This document shows, one piece after another, positions 1 through 8,474 of a stretch of 32,000 nt of DNA (positions are counted from its first letter, which is position 1; the number at the start of each line of letters is the position of its first letter). Both the position numbers and the translations under genes were made by a program. A model generated the notes under the pieces. That model was not told the origin of the DNA and searched no databases. It worked only from the letters and a program-made list of their open reading frames with translations. This stretch comes from an uncultured Gammaproteobacteria bacterium (lineage in GTDB: Bacteria; Patescibacteriota; Microgenomatia; Daviesbacterales; UBA10151), in the NCBI GenBank assembly GCA_964360965.1, contig CAYHYM010000001.1, positions 52,266-84,265 on the forward strand, in the 5' to 3' direction.

Positions 1-192
1 CAAGATATTTTAACACAGCCTGAGAATATATGTTTTTAAAGTAAGGGTATAGTTTAATGGATAGATCTACCCCACTTGCTACAACTAAACCTTCTCTTGG
101 TGTTTCTGATGCCATATTTTTATGAGCAGAATAATAAGACGAGTATACAACTACAAACCCATCTTTGCAAATACCAACAAAAATACGAAACA

Positions 193-222
193 TTGACAAG
201 TTTACTTCCCACACCTTATACT
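193..222 (+). promoter_or_regulatory. sigma70-like promoter TTGACA-18 nt-TATACT
   Basis: ttgaca at 193-198 and tatact at 217-222. The ATG at 232 lies 9 nt after the -10. Confidence 0.45.
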
Positions 223-231
223 TTTTCTTTG

Positions 232-930
232 ATGGATTCACAACTTGCCATTTCAGCTGCTTTGGAAGGCCGTTTTTCCGAGGCTTTAAAATTAAACCAG
301 CATATCTTAAAAGATGATCCTAAAAATGTAGATGCCCTAAATCGGTTGGCCAGAGCCTATTTTGAACTGGGAAAACTTATCCTTGCCAAAAAATACTACA
401 ATCATGTATTAGAAATTGACTCCTATAACCCTATTGCCCAAAAAAATTTAAAGATTATTAAAGCCTTCAAAGGCAAAAAAGTAAATGGCATACCAGTTAT
501 GCAGCGTATTCAACCTGCCCTTTTCCTGCAAGAACCAGGTAAAACAAAGGTGGTAGAAGTTATGAAAGTGGCTGAACCCAATAAATTATCCCAACTTTTC
601 CCCGGACAGAGCGTCAAAATTGTACTTAAAAAAAGAACCATCACTGTGGTTGACCAAAATGATGTTTATTTGGGGGTTTTGCCTGATGATTTAGCCTATC
701 ATTTGATCAGACTTTGCAGGGGGGGCAACAAATTTCAAGTTTATGTTAAATCTGTCAGAGTTAATGGATTATCACTGATTTTAAAAGAGGTGTTCCGCAG
801 CAAAAGATTTAAAAACCAACCGTCTTTTTTGCCTGCCAAGGTTTATCATCATCAAGATATCATCAGCCTTCCTGCAAAAGGGGAAAGTATTGATTTAACC
901 TCAGATGATGAAGAAGAGGGAACTAGTTAA
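232..930 (+). CDS. TPR repeat protein
   Basis: ORF 76-930. I place the start at the ATG at 232 (MDSQLAIS...) because the promoter sits inside the upstream part of the ORF. TPR-like helices EALKLNQHILKDDPKNVDALNRLARAYFELGKLILAKKYYNHVLEID. The C-terminal half is unassigned. Confidence 0.65.
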   Translation: MDSQLAISAALEGRFSEALKLNQHILKDDPKNVDALNRLARAYFELGKLILAKKYYNHVLEIDSYNPIAQKNLKIIKAFKGKKVNGIPVMQRIQPALFLQEPGKTKVVEVMKVAEPNKLSQLFPGQSVKIVLKKRTITVVDQNDVYLGVLPDDLAYHLIRLCRGGNKFQVYVKSVRVNGLSLILKEVFRSKRFKNQPSFLPAKVYHHQDIISLPAKGESIDLTSDDEEEGTS

Positions 931-1861
931 TTTTTTGGGCAAAGTCTTCTCCTATAAAAATATTAACCTCGGCCCTTGATTCATATTTTTCATCTTTCAT
1001 TTCAGAGGATGAGAAAACCTGCATCAGCCTTTTTCGGGTTTGAGAGGGAGGTGCTGATAAAGTGGAGTGTTTTTGTTTAAATGAGGCATTTGAAGAAATT
1101 ATGACATTTCCTCCCATATTGGAAATGATCCTGGACACTTTTTGGGCAATGCCCGGGAGATCCGTGGCATTATAAACCCCAATTGTTAAACCCTCAGACA
1201 AAATGGCATCTTCGGAAAAATTCCCTGTCTCAACTATTTTATCCTCTCTTATTCCTATCAACCCTAAGGCAAATCGCCAAAACTCAAACAAGGTGATATT
1301 TGTTTTTGAGGAAAGCAGAAGTGATATCAAATCCAGAGGAGATGAACGCAGCTGCAAGATTAAATCTTTAGCCCTGGTATTTTTAAAAGAACCCCCGGGT
1401 TCCCAATATCCATCAAGGGGAATCTCCAGATGTGAAGAAAAAGAGTTTACCAAAAATGAGTCTCCTGCTTTAGGATTCTCATTTTCACCCAAATCAAAGA
1501 TTGACCTTGCCTGCCATTCTCCAAATCCTCCCGGAACATTAATATAAACCTCATCCCCAACTTCTAAAAGGACCAAAGTTTTCTCTTTGGGATTATAGGA
1601 TAAAACTGATAAACCGGCAGATTTAACCACCAGATTAATATTAAATGCTCCGTCCCAAAGATAATTTTTGGAAATGGTGGTTTCTTTATTTAGCGGAGCA
1701 GATATGAAATGGACAAAACGCACTCCATTACCCACCATAATTACCAAAATAAGTATGACCAGCGCCCACAGGGCAATTTTGACCTTTTGTTTTGTTTTTT
1801 TATGTGACTCAAAAATTTTCCAGCCCATTTTTTTCATTGTATAAACAAACCTCTTGACCAT
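923..1861 (-). CDS. membrane-anchored LytR_C domain protein
   Basis: 312 aa with an N-terminal TM helix (IALWALVILILVIMV). The C-terminal segment LTIGVYNATDLPGIAQKVSRIISNMGGNVIISSNAS fits the LytR_C pattern (V.V.N.T...G.A......L...G..V....NA). Confidence 0.55.
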   Translation of the reverse strand: MVKRFVYTMKKMGWKIFESHKKTKQKVKIALWALVILILVIMVGNGVRFVHFISAPLNKETTISKNYLWDGAFNINLVVKSAGLSVLSYNPKEKTLVLLEVGDEVYINVPGGFGEWQARSIFDLGENENPKAGDSFLVNSFSSHLEIPLDGYWEPGGSFKNTRAKDLILQLRSSPLDLISLLLSSKTNITLFEFWRFALGLIGIREDKIVETGNFSEDAILSEGLTIGVYNATDLPGIAQKVSRIISNMGGNVIISSNASFKQKHSTLSAPPSQTRKRLMQVFSSSEMKDEKYESRAEVNIFIGEDFAQKIN

Positions 1862-1893
1862 GCAAGTTTTTATAGTGTAAACTAACCTTTAAA

Positions 1894-1902
1894 GGGGGTG
1901 AT
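1894..1902 (+). promoter_or_regulatory. extended Shine-Dalgarno gggggtgat
   Basis: Complementary, with one mismatch, to the canonical 16S 3-prime tail (GGAGGTGAT), 8 nt before the ATG at 1911. The same motif recurs at 7755-7763. Confidence 0.6.
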
Positions 1903-1910
1903 AATAATTT

Positions 1911-2183
1911 ATGGATGATCAAAATACAGTACCGTCTACTGCGGCGCCAGCGCCAACCTGCACCAGCTGTGGCATGGCCACATCAGGTTATAAATGCGCT
2001 GTTTGCGGTGAAGAATCAGCTGCCCATGATCAAGCTCATGCTTGCGGTGGAGAAAATTGCCAGCCAAAATGTGAGGGCTGTGGACAAGCTGACAGCAAAT
2101 GTACTTGTCAGCAACCTCAAACTCCATCATCAGGCCCAACTCCTCCACCTGTGGACACTGGAGCAGCGCCACCTGCAATGTAA
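1911..2183 (+). CDS. small Cys-rich, Pro/Ala-tailed protein (putative metal-binding / zinc-ribbon-like)
   Basis: 90 aa with ten Cys, including CTSC...CAVC then C-x4-C-x3-C-x2-C-x6-C-x-C. Strong SD upstream and a hairpin downstream. The segment is visibly GC-richer than its neighbours, which is why two other frames (1915-2190 +, 1936-2178 -) are also open. Confidence 0.55.
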   Translation: MDDQNTVPSTAAPAPTCTSCGMATSGYKCAVCGEESAAHDQAHACGGENCQPKCEGCGQADSKCTCQQPQTPSSGPTPPPVDTGAAPPAM

Positions 2184-2203
2184 AGTTTAAACCTCAATTA
2201 AAC

Positions 2204-2248
2204 CACCTTCCAGGATGGTGTCTGCCGACAGATGATTCCTGGAAGGTG
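2204..2248. terminator. 12-bp stem hairpin between convergent genes
   Basis: caccttccagga (2204-2215) pairs perfectly with tcctggaaggtg (2237-2248) around a 21-nt loop, between the stops at 2183 (+) and 2257 (-). No clean T-run. It ends in ...gacatgac and so resembles the GTCAT-hairpin repeats at 10455-10627. Confidence 0.45.
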
Positions 2249-2256
2249 ACATGACA

Positions 2257-3966
2257 TTATTCCCAGGCCAGAGTTTTTCTGGATAGTCTGGCCAGTTCAA
2301 TTTTGGCCCTGCCTTTAAAATATCCTCCCTCTTTTAAATGCTGACGCAGTTTTTCCGCCAAAAAATCCCCAGCCAAAATTTCCGGCACAATCACAAAATC
2401 AGCTCCCTTTTTATACAAAATTTTGGCATCAAGAGGAGTTTCTGCCCGGACAACAACAGGTACCCTGATATGTCTTGAGCGGACCTCTTCCAAAAGAGTA
2501 AGATTATCCTCCACACCCGGGGCTGTCGATATAATCATCCTGGCCTCTTTTAAAAATAAGGCATCTAAAACTTCAGGATCACTCATGTCCCCATAAATAA
2601 CTTTCACTCCCATCTTTTGTAAATCCTCTATCTGGGTGGGGTTAAAATCCAAAACAATATGCCCTATCCTTTCCTTTTTTAAAAATTTGATAATCTCTCC
2701 CCCCACCCGGTGTCCTCCAATTACCACCACATGACCGCGTAAATTTTCACCAATCCTTACTCTTTCCAAAAAATGATGGTAGTTTTTCCTCTCAAAAAAA
2801 GTAAAAAGAGAGGACAAATGTTTATAAATTACACTTGAGTGTGAGATTAAAATGGATGAGATAATCATCGAGGCCACCCCTGTGAGAGCTATTACTGTCA
2901 ACGCAGCAGTTGAAGCAACCCCCATCTTCACCCCCACCAAAATTACAATCAAAGAAAACTCAGACACCTGAGAAAGGTTAATGGAAGTTTGGAATAGAGT
3001 ATGTTTGCGAAATCCAAAAATACCCAAAATCAGCATAAAAAGAACAGGCTTTATCAAAACAGCATAACTTACAAACAACAAAACCGTTGGTAAAACTTCT
3101 CTAATTTGAGAAAAATTAACCTGGGTGCCAAGATAGACAAAAAAGAGGGTGATAAAAAAATCTCTTAAGGGTTTAACTTTGCCTTGAATTTGAAAATGAT
3201 AAGGCGAGGCAGCCAAAGCCACTCCTGCCAAAAATGCCCCTATCATCACGGAAAAACCCAAAAAAATAGAAAATGACACAAAAATAAAACACCAGGAAAG
3301 AGCTGTTAAAAATAGCAGTTCTCCTGATTTGGCCACAGCGGAAAAAACAGCCGTCAGCAGATAACGATTAAGTAAAAATGCCGATCCAAAAAGTAGCAAA
3401 ACCTTGGCCACAAAGGTAATTACAGGAATAGTCTGCTGCAATCCCAATCCCAAAAAAGAGGGAGAAACAGTTAAGGCCAAAAGCACCAGCACTGCCAGCA
3501 AATCTTCCAAAATAAGTATCCCCAAAGCCAGTTTTCCATATAAAGAGGTTAAATCTTTTTTATCAAGCAGCAGTTTGACTACCACGATGGTGGATGAAAA
3601 AGACAATCCTAACCCCAAATACCAGGATTCAGCATCAGAAAAGCCAAAGTTTTTTGCCAGAGACGATCCTAAAATTGTGGTTATGATAATCTGGAAAAGA
3701 GCCGATACAATAATGGGCTTGCCTAAATTTTTTACCTCTCTTAAATCAAGCTCCATGCCCACCAGAAAAAGCACAAAAGCTATTCCAATCTCCGGTAAAA
3801 AAGATAAAGCTTGTGAGCCTTGAAAATCAAATAAGGTAGAAGAAGCAAGAATCAATCCTCCAAAAAGATAGGCTACCAAAAGCGGCAGGCTAAATTTATG
3901 GGTTACAAAACCCAAAACTGATGATAAACCTAATATGATAGCCAGTTGTATGAAAATGTTATCCAT
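2257..3966 (-). CDS. Kef-type monovalent cation:proton antiporter (CPA2) with C-terminal TrkA-N/RCK domain
   Basis: 569 aa, polytopic N-terminal about 390 aa, then a Rossmann-like HVVVIGGHRVGGEIIKFLKK...VIYGDMSDPEVLD. Confidence 0.85.
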   Translation of the reverse strand: MDNIFIQLAIILGLSSVLGFVTHKFSLPLLVAYLFGGLILASSTLFDFQGSQALSFLPEIGIAFVLFLVGMELDLREVKNLGKPIIVSALFQIIITTILGSSLAKNFGFSDAESWYLGLGLSFSSTIVVVKLLLDKKDLTSLYGKLALGILILEDLLAVLVLLALTVSPSFLGLGLQQTIPVITFVAKVLLLFGSAFLLNRYLLTAVFSAVAKSGELLFLTALSWCFIFVSFSIFLGFSVMIGAFLAGVALAASPYHFQIQGKVKPLRDFFITLFFVYLGTQVNFSQIREVLPTVLLFVSYAVLIKPVLFMLILGIFGFRKHTLFQTSINLSQVSEFSLIVILVGVKMGVASTAALTVIALTGVASMIISSILISHSSVIYKHLSSLFTFFERKNYHHFLERVRIGENLRGHVVVIGGHRVGGEIIKFLKKERIGHIVLDFNPTQIEDLQKMGVKVIYGDMSDPEVLDALFLKEARMIISTAPGVEDNLTLLEEVRSRHIRVPVVVRAETPLDAKILYKKGADFVIVPEILAGDFLAEKLRQHLKEGGYFKGRAKIELARLSRKTLAWE

Positions 3967-4031
3967 ATTTTTTTGGACTAATTCGGTACATATCTTGACT
4001 TGTTAATTTAGTATGTCTGCCGAATTGTCCA

Positions 4032-4817
4032 TTACGAACTTTCTTCTTTTAAATAAGTTAACGCAATTTTTAAATCATCTGGCAATGGGCTTTCCACCTC
4101 CATCCATTCCCCACTCACTGGATGATAAAATCCAATCTTTTTAGCATGTAAAAACTGTCTATGTACCCATCTGTGATCAAGCCTCACCATCTTACGGCCG
4201 ACATATTTCTCGTCCGCCACTATTGGGTGTCCCGTATATTTTAAATGTACCCTAATTTGATGTGTCCGTCCAGTTTTTGGTCTTACGACCAAAAAAGTAA
4301 ACAGGTTATAGTGAATAGTTGACAGTTTTCTGAATTGTATTTTGTTGAAATCATTAAAAATTGTTTGTAACTTGGTTATTGGTAATTGGTAATTACCTAT
4401 AGGTTCGTACTCTGTCACAGCCTGTCGTGCCTCCAGTGCCTCCAGGGGGACGCCTTGGAGGCTTGCAGTGAATTTTTCTCTTTTAAATGGATTCCTGGCA
4501 ATGGCAGCATCAATTACTCCACCCTGTTCAATTCTTCCATGCACCAAGGCTAAATATTCTTTTTTAGTTTTTCTTTCTTTAAATTGGGCTTGTAAATTTT
4601 CTAAAGCTTGTTGAGTTTTAGCTACCAACAAAACTCCCGAGGTATCTTTATCTAATCTATGAACTGCCCCACCTCTCTCAAGGTTAATACCATGCTCTTT
4701 CTGTAAAATCTCTGCAAGTGTCACTTCTTTTTGAGTCTCAGATGGAGTGACAACTAAACCAGGTGGTTTATCTACTACCAGAAGAGAATTATCTTGATAT
4801 ATAATCTTTAAAGCCAT
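4032..4817 (-). CDS. RluA-family pseudouridine synthase
   Basis: Catalytic motif HRLDKDTSGVLLVAK and C-terminal GRTHQIRVH. No S4 domain is visible at the N-terminus. Confidence 0.85.
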   Translation of the reverse strand: MALKIIYQDNSLLVVDKPPGLVVTPSETQKEVTLAEILQKEHGINLERGGAVHRLDKDTSGVLLVAKTQQALENLQAQFKERKTKKEYLALVHGRIEQGGVIDAAIARNPFKREKFTASLQGVPLEALEARQAVTEYEPIGNYQLPITKLQTIFNDFNKIQFRKLSTIHYNLFTFLVVRPKTGRTHQIRVHLKYTGHPIVADEKYVGRKMVRLDHRWVHRQFLHAKKIGFYHPVSGEWMEVESPLPDDLKIALTYLKEESS

Positions 4818-4820
4818 ACC

Positions 4821-5198
4821 TTAAGATTTCTGTAGGTAGGAGTGTATTTCAGATAAAACCTGGTCAGGATTTAGAGCAGATTTGATCAGATATCCTGAGG
4901 CTCCCAGGTCAGAGCACTGCTTTATCACACCATCTTGTCCCAGATTTGTTAAAATGACAATCTGACCATTATTTTGTTTTGGGGGAGTTATTTTTAAATC
5001 TCGCAAAATTTGCAGTCCGTCTTTTTTGGGCAGCATAATATCCAAAAGCACTAGATTATACCCACCCTGGGAAATTTTTTGTAAAGCCACTTCCCCGTCT
5101 GCAGCCACATCAACCAGATATCCTTCCCCCTGCAGCAGTTCCTGATAAAATTCCCGCAAGAATTGATCATCCTCAACAATTAAAATTTTTTCTTTCAT
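4821..5198 (-). CDS. single-domain response regulator (receiver only)
   Basis: 125 aa: ILIVEDD, LVLLDIMLPKKDG, ILTNLG, GASGYLIK. No output domain. Confidence 0.85.
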   Translation of the reverse strand: MKEKILIVEDDQFLREFYQELLQGEGYLVDVAADGEVALQKISQGGYNLVLLDIMLPKKDGLQILRDLKITPPKQNNGQIVILTNLGQDGVIKQCSDLGASGYLIKSALNPDQVLSEIHSYLQKS

Positions 5199-5208
5199 AA
5201 ATTATAAT

Positions 5209-5266
5209 GATTATAACGCATCGCGTTACAAGAAGCGATGCGATGTAATCGCAGAGCGATTATAAC
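5209..5266. repeat. 40-nt GC-rich double-hairpin element flanked by a 9-nt direct repeat
   Basis: gattataac (5209-5217) | gcatcgcgttacaagaagcgatgcgatgtaatcgcagagc | gattataac (5258-5266). Stems cgcatcgc/gcgatgcg (5217-5224/5235-5242) and taatcgc/gcgatta (5246-5252/5256-5262). Lies between the kinase stop and the regulator start. Confidence 0.6.
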
Positions 5267-5277
5267 AGTTATAAAAA

Positions 5278-6750
5278 TTACAAAGCAACTGGTTCCAATC
5301 CTCTAACCTCTTCTTTGGGCTTGATATGATATTTTTCAGATTGATCAAGCACATCAGCGCTGGCCACAGGCAAAGAAAAAGTAAAAGTGGCGCCCTTACC
5401 CAAACCATCTGAGAAGGCCCAAATCCTGCCATGCATGAGATTTACCAAACTTTTGCAAATATAAAGTCCCAAACCTGTTCCGCCTGATGTTCCCATGGCT
5501 ACATAGGAGTTATCCAACCTGCCAAATTTGGTAAAAAGTTGTCCCAAATCCTCTTTGGCAATGCCTGAGCCTGAGTCTTTAACTGAAGTTTCAATAATCT
5601 GCCCGTCACCAAAAAATGAGATGCTAATTTTGCCTCCTGAGGGGGTAAATTTTAAAGAGTTTCCCAGCAGATTCAAAAGCACCTGATGCACTTTATTACG
5701 ATCGGCAAATATTTTTGGTATTGGGGTGCTCAAAATTTCAATTGTAATATTTCTCTCCTGGGCTCTGGGTTTTACCTCTTCCATCACCTCATTTACTAAA
5801 ATGACCATATCATACTCTTGCGGGTTTATCTCTATCCTACCCGCTTCAATCCTGGAAATGTTTAACATGTCAGAAACCAGATTAATCAATCTTTCTGTTG
5901 AAATCAAGGTCCTCTGAAGGTATTTTTTTAATTTTTCTGTTAAGGGAATATCAGGTCTGTTTAAGGCCATCCAGATATAGGAACGAATCGCTGTCATGGG
6001 TGTTCTTAGCTCGTGAGAAGTAACAGAAACAAAATCATCTTTTAGTTGATCTAACTGTTGAAGTCTGGTATTTGCAGTAACCAGTTGTCGACTAGTATCT
6101 TTTAGATTCTGATAAAGAAAGGCGTTATCAAGTGCTCTAGAGACTTCCGCAGTAAACTCTTCCATAATAAGAATTTCTAAAGCTGACAGTTTTTCTTTCT
6201 CTTTGGTAGATGAGTATTCTAAGATTCCTACCACCTCACCTCTTATTAATATTGGGTAAAGAAAAATGCTTTTTAGTCTCCATAATCTTTGAATTTTAGC
6301 TGATATTTCTGAAGGCAAAACTCCTTTTTGAATATCATATAAATTTCTAGTATGTAGAGGCGTTTTATCTAGGACTACTTTGGTGAATAAGTTCTCTGTA
6401 TTGGAAAGTGGAACGATCTGTTCTTTAAATTTTACTGGCAACATATCATGTAAAGTCTGGGTCGAGTCTGAATCTAGAGATATAGCAATTCGTTTTATTA
6501 TTTGAGCTTCCTTATCAACTAGCGCAAGGATAGCAAAAGTAAATCCCAGCTCTTTGTGAATTACTTCTACTATACCTTGGTATAAAGATTCAATTTCCGG
6601 GCTAGAAATTACTAACTTATCTAAGCTTCTTAAAGCTTTTAAAAGCCTATTCTGAGAAGATAATTGAGAATATTTTGAAGCAATAATTCTTATACCCACT
6701 AGAGCGGAAATGATGATTGTTATAATGATGAACAGAGCAGGTATTACCAC
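5278..6750 (-). CDS. sensor histidine kinase (TM, GAF-like, HisKA, HATPase_c)
   Basis: H-box SHELRTPMTAIRSY, N-box LLNLLGNSLKFT, G-boxes DSGSGI and GTGLGLYICK, plus an N-terminal TM helix. Confidence 0.85.
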   Translation of the reverse strand: MVIPALFIIITIIISALVGIRIIASKYSQLSSQNRLLKALRSLDKLVISSPEIESLYQGIVEVIHKELGFTFAILALVDKEAQIIKRIAISLDSDSTQTLHDMLPVKFKEQIVPLSNTENLFTKVVLDKTPLHTRNLYDIQKGVLPSEISAKIQRLWRLKSIFLYPILIRGEVVGILEYSSTKEKEKLSALEILIMEEFTAEVSRALDNAFLYQNLKDTSRQLVTANTRLQQLDQLKDDFVSVTSHELRTPMTAIRSYIWMALNRPDIPLTEKLKKYLQRTLISTERLINLVSDMLNISRIEAGRIEINPQEYDMVILVNEVMEEVKPRAQERNITIEILSTPIPKIFADRNKVHQVLLNLLGNSLKFTPSGGKISISFFGDGQIIETSVKDSGSGIAKEDLGQLFTKFGRLDNSYVAMGTSGGTGLGLYICKSLVNLMHGRIWAFSDGLGKGATFTFSLPVASADVLDQSEKYHIKPKEEVRGLEPVAL

Positions 6751-6764
6751 ACAATTAGTATAAC

Positions 6765-7688
6765 CTATTTTGTTAAGCGTCTTTTTATAAAACCAACTAT
6801 GTTTTCAGCATGAGCTTCTTTATTTACATGATTAGGTTTATTTAAGTCAGGAAAAAACCTCCTAAAACTTAAAGGGTGTTGATTTCCCCATCGCATTAAT
6901 TTTGGCTGTTCTCCTGTTAAATCAATTACGGTCGAAGAAGCTGCTGCATCAATTTTAGGAGATTTTGGGGGAATTTTGTTAAATACCACAAAACCATCCA
7001 CTCTTGATCCTATCTCTTCATATAATTGGTGCTGGGCTGCTACAGAATAAACATTTTTCCCCGTAGGATTGGCTGAAGTTCCCGCTACGACTTTACCATA
7101 TCTTGTGGATAGCTCCCATAAAGTATTATTATAGCTATCATTAGGATCCTGCCAATCACTTGCTCCTAAAACAAGTACAGTCCTACCAAATGGTTTGGCA
7201 TCTGTTACCTGAATAGGTAAAGAATCTTGAGCCATTAGAAGTAGCCCTACTGAATTATTTTCAAAAAGTAATCCTATTACTTGATTTAAATGGTCTTTGG
7301 TAGGATTACTAATATCTAATAATCTTCTTGCTGCTTCAACTAGCGGTTTTGATTCTTCCGTTTTAGCCACATAATGAGTTGACTCTGGCAAACACCCAAT
7401 ACCTAATACTTGGCGTTGAGGTCTACCTTTAATTTCATTGAGTGCAGCTGTTGCTAAGGGATTATCAAAAACACCTACCAAAATCATAATCCTCCTACTT
7501 TCTGCCCCCCAAGGCATAACCACTACTCCCCCTGCAGCAATTAAAGCTGCAACCTCTTTTGCATCTTCTTGCCCAGGATGAAAGATTTTACCTCGTCTGC
7601 CATCTTTTCTCCTTTGAGCAATGTATTCTTTGTTTACCTCTAAACTAGCTAAAGCTGCAGGGGCTAGCTTTCGACCAATTTGAACCAT
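6765..7688 (-). CDS. Sua5/YciO/YrdC-like domain protein (divergent)
   Basis: NEIKGRPQRQVLGIG resembles the K.RP motif and GTSANPTGKN the SAN.SG motif of the YrdC fold. The N-terminal about 40 aa and the overall length are atypical. Confidence 0.5.
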   Translation of the reverse strand: MVQIGRKLAPAALASLEVNKEYIAQRRKDGRRGKIFHPGQEDAKEVAALIAAGGVVVMPWGAESRRIMILVGVFDNPLATAALNEIKGRPQRQVLGIGCLPESTHYVAKTEESKPLVEAARRLLDISNPTKDHLNQVIGLLFENNSVGLLLMAQDSLPIQVTDAKPFGRTVLVLGASDWQDPNDSYNNTLWELSTRYGKVVAGTSANPTGKNVYSVAAQHQLYEEIGSRVDGFVVFNKIPPKSPKIDAAASSTVIDLTGEQPKLMRWGNQHPLSFRRFFPDLNKPNHVNKEAHAENIVGFIKRRLTK

Positions 7689-7754
7689 AGTTAAATTTTA
7701 CAACAAAATCTGTATTTGACAAAATTTGCTATGTATGCCCATTATAGTATTAGA

Positions 7755-7763
7755 GGGGGTGAT
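7755..7763 (+). promoter_or_regulatory. extended Shine-Dalgarno gggggtgat
   Basis: Same 9-mer as at 1894-1902, 5 nt before the TTG start at 7769. Confidence 0.5.
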
Positions 7764-7768
7764 AAAAA

Positions 7769-8098
7769 TTGGATTTATTATGGTATTTTCTGGCAGGATT
7801 TTTTCATTTCAATGCCCTGCCCCATCTTTTTAAAGGCATCACCGGACAGACTCACATGACTCCTTTTGCCAGGGTGTCATCACCGGTGGTAAATGTGATA
7901 TGGGCCTTTGTCAGTTTCGGGATGGCAGCTTTTATTTTGGGAATGGTCACAGGTAAAGGAGGTTTGGTGCTACCCTGGGATGCCAATCTGATGGATCTGA
8001 ATTTGTTGGCCTATTTTGGGGGAGCTTTGGTAGTGGCTTTGTATCTGGCCTGGTTTTGGTCTAATCCCAAAGCCAGACTGCCCTGGCAGACTGACTGA
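7769..8098 (+). CDS. small integral membrane protein, unknown function
   Basis: 109 aa with a TTG start after a strong SD and three hydrophobic segments. The nearby ATG at 7780 is out of frame. Confidence 0.5.
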   Translation: MDLLWYFLAGFFHFNALPHLFKGITGQTHMTPFARVSSPVVNVIWAFVSFGMAAFILGMVTGKGGLVLPWDANLMDLNLLAYFGGALVVALYLAWFWSNPKARLPWQTD

Positions 8099-8114
8099 TT
8101 GGTGAACAATCCTT

Positions 8115-8474
8115 CTATTTTGACATTTTCTTAGAACAAGAAAGGCACAAAGTAGCTGTGGGCATGGCCAGCAGCCTGGCTGTTTCAATATGCTTGGGGC
8201 ATTTTAAACAATGGCCATAAGTGCCATTTTTAATCCTGAAAAGTGCCTCTTTTACATCCTGGGCAAAAGTTTTAAGACCTGCTACCAAAGCAATAGTTCT
8301 CAAATGAGCCTGAGCCAAAAAAGACTCTGTCCCCAACTCAGTGGTTTCGGCAACAGAGGGAAGCTTAAGCGGATCCTCTTTTTCCACGGTTTGCAAGTTT
8401 TTCCTGACCTCCTTTTGACGGGCCAACAGCATTCTTTTAATATTATTTAAAGTTTTTTGGGGTAGTTCTAACAT
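8115..8474 (-). CDS. DksA/TraR-family C4 zinc-finger protein
   Basis: C-terminal GHCLKCPKHIETARLLAMPTATLCLSCSKK (CxxC-x17-CxxC) after a helical region. The start may instead be the internal Met at 8435, which removes the 32-nt overlap with lgt. Confidence 0.7.
   Translation of the reverse strand: MLELPQKTLNNIKRMLLARQKEVRKNLQTVEKEDPLKLPSVAETTELGTESFLAQAHLRTIALVAGLKTFAQDVKEALFRIKNGTYGHCLKCPKHIETARLLAMPTATLCLSCSKKMSK

Noticed and set aside
40-110. tRNA-like start gggtatagtttaatggatagatctacccc near the left edge.
   Set aside because: I could not fold a cloverleaf. There is no anticodon stem complementary pair and no T-arm (GTTCRANNC-like) downstream. It is probably a chance D-arm-like string.
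1203-1547. Many ORF-track entries that lie antisense to, or out of frame within, well-supported genes. These are 1203-1547, 1915-2190, 1936-2178, 3404-3823, 5226-5432, 5726-5917, 7970-8188, 8211-8450, 8805-9023, 9285-9539, 9866-10057 and 9903-10370. Also 11564-11782, 11961-12203, 15889-16083, 16476-16679, 18103-18372, 18818-19012, 19442-19630, 20075-20257, 20170-20355, 21098-21337, 22239-22433 and 22749-23060. Also 23395-23580, 24153-24389, 24586-24768, 25205-25387, 27864-28058, 28049-28246, 29180-29443, 29802-30092, 30166-30426, 31481-31690 and 31522-31719.
   Set aside because: Each overlaps a longer ORF with clear family motifs or better start context. Their translations are low-complexity or compositionally odd, and none shows a motif I recognise. 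They are shadow ORFs of the kind expected in gene-dense DNA.
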